From assembly GCF_009914755.1 (NCBI RefSeq), contig NC_060947.1: a stretch of 64,000 nt of DNA. The stretch is one strand, 5' to 3'. Each line of letters begins with the position of its first letter. The first letter of the stretch is position 1. This stretch comes from the human T2T-CHM13v2.0 reference genome, Homo sapiens. Of this stretch, positions 56,131-64,000 are shown one piece after another. The position numbers and the translations under genes are program-made. The notes beneath the pieces were generated by a model. That model was not told the origin of the DNA and ran no database searches. It saw only the letters and a list, made by a program, of their open reading frames with translations.

Positions 56131-56338
56131 TTGTAAAATATAGGAGGTAATCTGCTAAGTATATTGTAGCACATACTTATAAAAACGAAGCATAAATGCA
56201 AATGTTGGAATGAAAAAGCATTTGCCTTATTTTTAGAACTGAGTTAATTTACCACTAGGTGGTGGTGTAGTCATTAGGCTTAACATAAGTAAATTCTTCA
56301 TTTATAAAAAGCTCTTTGCTCTAAATCTTTTGAATTAG

Positions 56339-56414
56339 GATGGAAGAGTGGGGCGCCTGCTACAATGCTGAAAATATACCAGAGGGCTACAATAAAGGAA
56401 CAGAAGAAACAAAG
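56339..56414 (+). CDS. ALG13: ALG13 exon 11 (MEEWGACYNAENIPEGYNKGTEETK)
   Basis: 76 nt; weak donor AAG/GTTTGA. Confidence 0.93.
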
Positions 56415-57315
56415 GTTTGATATTTTCTAAGGCAAAGAATTTTCATAGTCTTGGCTTGCAGCATCATGACTTAAACTAGTTAAAGTCAGATATTATATTC
56501 TAGTTATATGGGTTGAGGGAGGAGTTGGTCATTTTCCTTTGTGAAAGTCTTACCTATCTTTAAACTTCAAATGCATACTTAATGTTCTTTGAATTCTTAT
56601 TTTTACAGAATTTTAGATTTTTCAGAACAAACTGAACACTTCAGAAATTTCAAGAGCAATATGTTTTTAAGTTAAATATTACAAACCCAATATTTAGTTT
56701 GTAATCAGTCTTCTGACGCTAAGGTTTTTTTCATTAAGGAATACAATGCCTATCTTTATTTTATTCAAACTAGGTGATAATCATGGTTTAAAGTTAGAGA
56801 AACAGAAATTTCACCATCCGTATAGGACTAAAATCAAATAGGCCTTCAGTTTGAGGCTAGCTAAATAAGTCAAATACTATTATAGCAATCTCTGTGTATA
56901 CCTGAGGTGCTTATAATTTTGGAATAGTATTGAATATGGTGAAATTCTAGGAAAGCAGAAGAAAAATGGTAGTTCCTTTGGAAATTTTAACAGGATTTGA
57001 CCATAATGAAGTAACCTTCAGATATTTCCAGGTGATTGTAGAGTACAGAAATATTGCACCTCCATGTGTATATCATGATAACACTTCCTGAATAGCTCTG
57101 AATTTTTAATCCTGGTTTGTGTTGCATTGGTTTATATGGGATGTGTCCTGAGTCATTGCCAGGTTTAGACATTATTTCCCTTCTGCCATCTAAAACCTTT
57201 TAGATTACTTGCATTTTGCTACTTTAGTCTCCTGATTTTTAAAATATATGGCAAAATTTATTGTGCGATTTATTTCTTGTTTTAATAAAGAACGACGTGG
57301 TTTTTTTTTTTTTTA

Positions 57316-57901
57316 AGAAGGAAGAAACTTAATTCTTCCTTCTTCATAGAAGGAAGAAACTTAATTCTTCCTTCTTCATAGAAGGAAGAAACTTAATTCT
57401 TCCTTCTTCATAGAAGGAAGAAACTTAATTCTTCCTTCTTCATAGAAGGAAGAAACTTAATTCTTCCTTCTTCATAGAAGGAAGAAACTTAATTCTTCCT
57501 TCTTCATAGAAGGAAGAAACTTAATTCTTCCTTCTTCATAGAAGGAAGAAACTTAATTCTTCCTTCTTCATAGAAGGAAGAAACTTAATTCTTCCTTCTT
57601 CATAGAAGGAAGAAACTTAATTCTTCCTTCTTCATAGAAGGAAGAAACTTAATTCTTCCTTCTTCATAGAAGGAAGAAACTTAATTCTTCCTTCTTCATA
57701 GAAGGAAGAAACTTAATTCTTCCTTCTTCATAGAAGGAAGAAACTTAATTCTTCCTTCTTCATAGAAGGAAGAAACTTAATTCTTCCTTCTTCATAGAAG
57801 GAAGAAACTTAATTCTTCCTTCTTCATAGAAGGAAGAAACTTAATTCTTCCTTCTTCATAGAAGGAAGAAACTTAATTCTTCCTTCTTCATAGAAGGAAG
57901 A
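57316..57901. repeat. Perfect 32-bp palindromic minisatellite, 18 copies + 10 nt
   Basis: Unit AGAAGGAAGAAACTTAATTCTTCCTTCTTCAT; starts at 57316, 57348 ... 57892. Confidence 0.98.
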
Positions 57902-57942
57902 CTAAGGATTGTGAGTTTGTAGCATGATTATTTTTGTTTTAG

Positions 57943-58077
<135 letters not shown>

Positions 58078-58374
58078 TGAATCCTGACAAATCCAGGAGT
58101 ATAATTTTGCAAATTATGGTGAACATCTCTTATAAGAAATACTGTTATAAAAAATAGCCTGATGCTTTTTATCTTACTTTATATATGATTTAAATCCAAA
58201 GGAGGGAACATAGCTTTAGAAGTGGGAGGGATCTTTTAAAGCCTGATGTTTGCCTGGGACTTCAACTTTGCAAAGACTGTGTGGAGACAATTTTTAGATA
58301 GCATTAAGAAACTTAGTGACTGAAAACAAGCTCATCTTAAATTCCAGGTGTTAAGACCACCTTCCTTGATAAAT

Positions 58375-58628
58375 GAGTAGGTTAGGCCTGTGGGTCAAAT
58401 CTGACACACCAACTGTTTTTATGTGGTCTATGAGCTAAGAATGGTCTTTAATTCTTAAATGGCAGAAAAAATTAAAAGAATAATATATCGTGACACATGA
58501 AAATTATATAATTCAAATTTCAGTGTTCATAACATTTTACAGCAGAGTTTGAGTAGTTCTGAGAGTCTTATGGCCCAAGAAACTGAAAATACTATCTGGC
58601 TCTTTATGGAAAAAGTTTACCAACCCTT
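58375..58628. mobile_element. MER58B-like DNA transposon
   Basis: ggcctgtgggtcaaatctg...gagctaagaatgg...aaaagtttaccaaccc. Confidence 0.7.
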
Positions 58629-59101
58629 GAAAATAGGTCATTGTTTCTCTCCTTATAAGATAACTAAAGTGATCAACCTAGGCCTTAAAGTTTTGCCTTC
58701 AAGATAAGCCTTTAGTATTTCACATTCAACTCCTTGAACCCTGGTAAACCTAGCTGTAGTTAACAATCTAGAATGAGGTTAAGACCTTGGGAAACACAGT
58801 AAGTTGTTAAAAAAATAATAGGTTGATTTGAGAAGCTGAATAATGTTACTTTCAAATTGTACCTCGTTAGTGTTTGACTATCTCTGATTACAAACTCCCA
58901 ATTTCCACCTATTTGTTTTTTAAAGCACAAAATTATTCTGGCACGTCTTTTTAAATTGACTGCAGAAATAACTCATCCAGAATGATAGAATCGCCCTTTG
59001 GGACTTTACCCCTATTTTCACTTATAGTGGTAGCGTTGTCAAAGGCACTACGGTAAAAGTAAATGAGGAAATTAAATGATATAGGAAAGGAACCAGTTTA
59101 G

Positions 59102-59221
<120 letters not shown>

Positions 59222-59292
59222 TAATTTTTTTAAGAATGTGCTTTTTGTCATGATATGAGTTGAACAAGACTTATTTACAAAGTACTAGAAAC

Positions 59293-59909
59293 TTTTTATT
59301 TATATTTTTAAAGAGATAGGGTCTAGCTCTGTTGCCTAGGCTGGAGTGTAGTGGCATGATCCTGGCTCACTGCAGCCTCGAACTCCTGGGCTCAAGTGAT
59401 CCTCCTTTCCTCAGCCTCTCTAGTGGCTGGGACTACAGGCACATACCACCATGCCTGGCTAATTTTTTTTATTTTTATTTATTTATTTATTTATTTTTAT
59501 TTTTTTTTTGAGACGGAGTCTTGCTCTGTCTCCCAGGCTCTGGAGTGCAGTGGCATGATCTCTGCTCACTGCAAGCTCTGCCTCCCGGGTTCATGCCTCA
59601 GCCTCCCAAGTAGCTGGGACTACAGGCGCCTGCCACCATGCCTAATTTTTTGTATTTTTAGTAGAGACGTGGTTCCACCGTGTTAGCCAGGATGGTCTTG
59701 ATCTCCTGACCTCGTGATCCACCCATCTCAGCCTCCCAAAGTGCTGGGATTACAGGTGTGAGCCAGTGCACCTGGACTATTTTTATTTTCTTTTATAGAA
59801 ACAGGGTCTTACTATGTTGCCCAGGCTGGTCTCATTCCTGGCCTCAAGTGATCCTCCCACCTTGGCCTCCCAATGTTGGGATTACAGGCATGAGCCACCA
59901 CACCCAGCC
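59293..59909 (-). mobile_element. AluY-like nested in an AluJ-like element
   Basis: Inner Alu at about 59470-59777 in the linker of the older Alu. Confidence 0.9.
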
Positions 59910-60092
59910 GAAAAAAAAAATGTTTCTTTAATGTCTGTGTTAAATTTTAATTACAAATTTAGTGATTAGATGTAAGGTTCTTTCAGTATGTGCTGTCTCC
60001 ATTGATCCAGACTGGCAGTGTTGATACGAATTACTTTAAAAAGTAGACACTGAACTCCATTTGGGGAAAAGTGGTATTTTGTTTGGCATTAG

Positions 60093-60239
<147 letters not shown>

Positions 60240-60569
60240 TAGGAATATGATAATTTGTTGAATTACTGAAATCTTTGGTTCCTGGTTCCATTTCGTAATA
60301 TTAAATTGAGAATTACCAGGATGCTAGTAAGAGAACCAGAATTGTATCTACTGTTGGCCTAGGATGACTTATCTTGAATTATAAAAGCATGTGCTGAAGT
60401 ATGAATCAATATAGATATTAGATATGTATAAAAGTTTTCAAATCTTAAGACACTAGCCTACTTATTAGAAATATTAAGTACAACAGAATTCTGATACAAA
60501 ACTGTTCATAGTAATTGCAAAGTTGAATTAATAACTGAGCCTCTGCCAGCATGAAGATAAGCTAATCTA

Positions 60570-61060
60570 GTCTTTCTCAAACTTTACCATGCACCAGAAT
60601 TACCTGGAGGGCTTGTGAAAACACAAGATTAGTGAGCCCAGTCTCTAAAGTTTCTGATTCAGTAAGTCTGAGGTGGGGCCCATGAATTTTAATTTTGGAC
60701 AAGTTTCCAGGTGATGATAATGCTGCTGGTCCACTTTGAGAACCATTAAATGAGGCTGTGCTGCTCTAACAACCAAAACATTTCAGCAGCTTAAAACAGT
60801 AAGGTCCTTCCTCCTTCATTTAGCATGTCCATAGTGGGTCAGCAAATGGGATCCGGTTCAACAGAGATTCTATTTTAACACGTGCATCCATGATCATAGG
60901 GAATAAAATGAGAACAAACCACTTGCTGAATCTTAAAATGTCTCATACTTTATTAACCAGAGTGGTTTACATTCCCAAGCCTCATGTCAATGGGGTGGGG
61001 AAATTTAATCCTCCAAGGAGGCACAGCAAATATTTGTGAACTAATACAGTCTACCACAGT
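60570..61060. mobile_element. MER5A-like element followed by an MLT1-like fragment
   Basis: tttctcaaactt...ttacctggagggcttgtgaaaacac...ctttgagaacca; then MLT1-like sequence ending ctaccaca. Confidence 0.65.
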
Positions 61061-61265
61061 CTTTCTTCTGAAATGTCATCGGTACTAGAAACAGCAGTGA
61101 AATTGTACAAACTACTCTTAAGTTTTCTAAACTAATAAAAAATTAAACAAGGAAACTGGTGTCAACCAGGTTTTAATAGAATACACTTGAAGTATAAGGG
61201 GTGGGATACGTGTATTGAATGAAAGTTAAGTCTGTGTTGCAGTATCTTCATGGTGATACCTTTAA

Positions 61266-61502
<237 letters not shown>

Positions 61503-61504
61503 TA

Positions 61505-61700
61505 GGGTAGGGTTTCTCAACTTTAGCATTACTGATAATGGAATGGATACTACTTCACTGTCGGGGGTTTGTCCTGTGCATTGTAGGGTGCTTCATAGCA
61601 TCCCTGGCTTCTATCCACTAGAAACAAAAATGTTTCCAGACATTGCCAAATATTCCCTAGAGGAGGGAGAGGCACAGTTGTCCCTGGTTGAGAACCATGG
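61505..61700. mobile_element. MER20-like DNA transposon
   Basis: gggtttctcaac...tgtcctgtgcattgtagg...ccagacattgccaaat...ggttgagaacca. Confidence 0.85.
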
Positions 61701-61729
61701 TTCTTAAGGGACTTTGTGTAAACTTAAGC

Positions 61730-62100
61730 ACTCATATTTGAGAGCTAAAAAGAAAAAAATGATCTTGTGGAGATGAGTAGAATGATGGTTACCAGAGGCT
61801 CAGAAGGGTATTGGGGGTGGGGGATAAAGAGGGATTAGTTAATGGGTACAAAAATAGGTAGTAGGATTAAGATCTAGTATTTGGTAGCATAATAGGGTGA
61901 CTGTAGTTAACAATTGCATATTTCAAAAAAACTAGAGGACTGGATTTGGAATGTTCCCAACATAAAGAATTTGTAAATGTTTGAGGTGATAGATATCCCA
62001 GTTACCTTGATTTGATCATTATACATTGTATGCTTGTATCAAAATAGTGCATGTACCCCATAAATACGTACTGTTCTACACCTATAAAAATTAATTTAAA
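61730..62100 (+). mobile_element. L1MA 3' end
   Basis: agtagaatgatggttaccagaggct...ttgatttgatcattatacattgtatg; TSD aaacttaagc. Confidence 0.9.
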
Positions 62101-62124
62101 AAACTTAAGCTGACATGGATCTTA

Positions 62125-62870
<746 letters not shown>

Positions 62871-63084
62871 CATGGATGACTCAGTGTTTTGATGACCTAT
62901 ACTAACCTGCCCATGCTGGGGATAGTGCCGAGATATACCCATTGATACAGAAATTACCTGCTGGTTTTGTCCTTCCAAATAAAAGATCTAGTATATCCTT
63001 CAAAAATACAAAAATTCCCTCCCTATGTTTATTTGGTTTGTTCCTAGGGGAAGCATTGGAAAGTTTAAGGCAGTGTGGTGGTGA

Positions 63085-63396
<312 letters not shown>

Positions 63397-63639
63397 TAAG
63401 ACATTGACAGATTTGTATTTTCATGGTCTAGGGAAATATGAAGCAATTGAAGAGATCCAAGAAGATAGAATGCCATCAAGATGAGGGTCTCTGTGACATA
63501 CAGACTGTATTTCATTAATAATAGTTAGCCCTAATGCCAGTATTGCAGAGAGCAGAGCTCTTTCTAGTTGAATGTTTTTAGAAAGACAGATTAGTTCTAT
63601 TTAACTACAGAGACTGACTACTTAGGTATTAGTGAATAG

Positions 63640-63786
<147 letters not shown>

Positions 63787-64000
63787 TAAGTATTGTGTTG
63801 AAAGTCAGAGAAAATTGGTAAGTCTGATTTCATTGCTGAACATTAATGTTTTAAAAAGTGTCAACTTTGAGATATTTGAACTGTTATTTAGAAATTAGGA
63901 ACAAGTTACTATATTTCATCATTTTTACTTTTTTATTATTTGAACCACTTAAGTTCATTTAGACGTAGTCACCGCCAGATGAGTTGTGTGAATAAGGAGT

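Noticed and set aside
57316-57901. CRISPR-like array (32-bp palindromic repeats)
   Set aside because: No spacers, repeats are contiguous, human intron, no cas genes; it is a minisatellite.

Overview
Human (primate) genomic DNA containing the 5' two-thirds of ALG13 (X-linked) on the + strand. I traced the exons by hand. The CpG-island promoter is at about 17.3-18.3 kb and the ATG is at 17463. Exons 1-3 encode the GT28 UDP-GlcNAc transferase core. A proximal terminal exon (24131-24245) completes the 165-aa short isoform. After a repeat-rich gap of about 20 kb, long-isoform exons 4-17 (44271-63785) encode the OTU and Tudor domains, and the gene continues past the window end. All splice sites are GT-AG and exon phases join into open frames. 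Upstream lie an MLT2A-type LTR, a 5S rRNA pseudogene, a decayed ERV1-class gag-pro-pol provirus with two divergent LTRs (- strand) and a nested Alu/LTR/Alu. Most ORF-track entries are Alu/L1 artefacts. Two signals stand out. (1) A perfect 18 x 32-bp self-complementary minisatellite ends 41 nt before exon 12; each unit reads as branch point + polypyrimidine tract + TAG + purine-rich enhancer and carries a STAT-type TTCNNNGAA. (2) A tandem DUX4-type motif sits about 130 bp upstream of long exon 4, suggesting an internal promoter for an OTU-Tudor-only protein. Repeat boundaries are approximate and family names come from recalled consensus sequences, not from a search.
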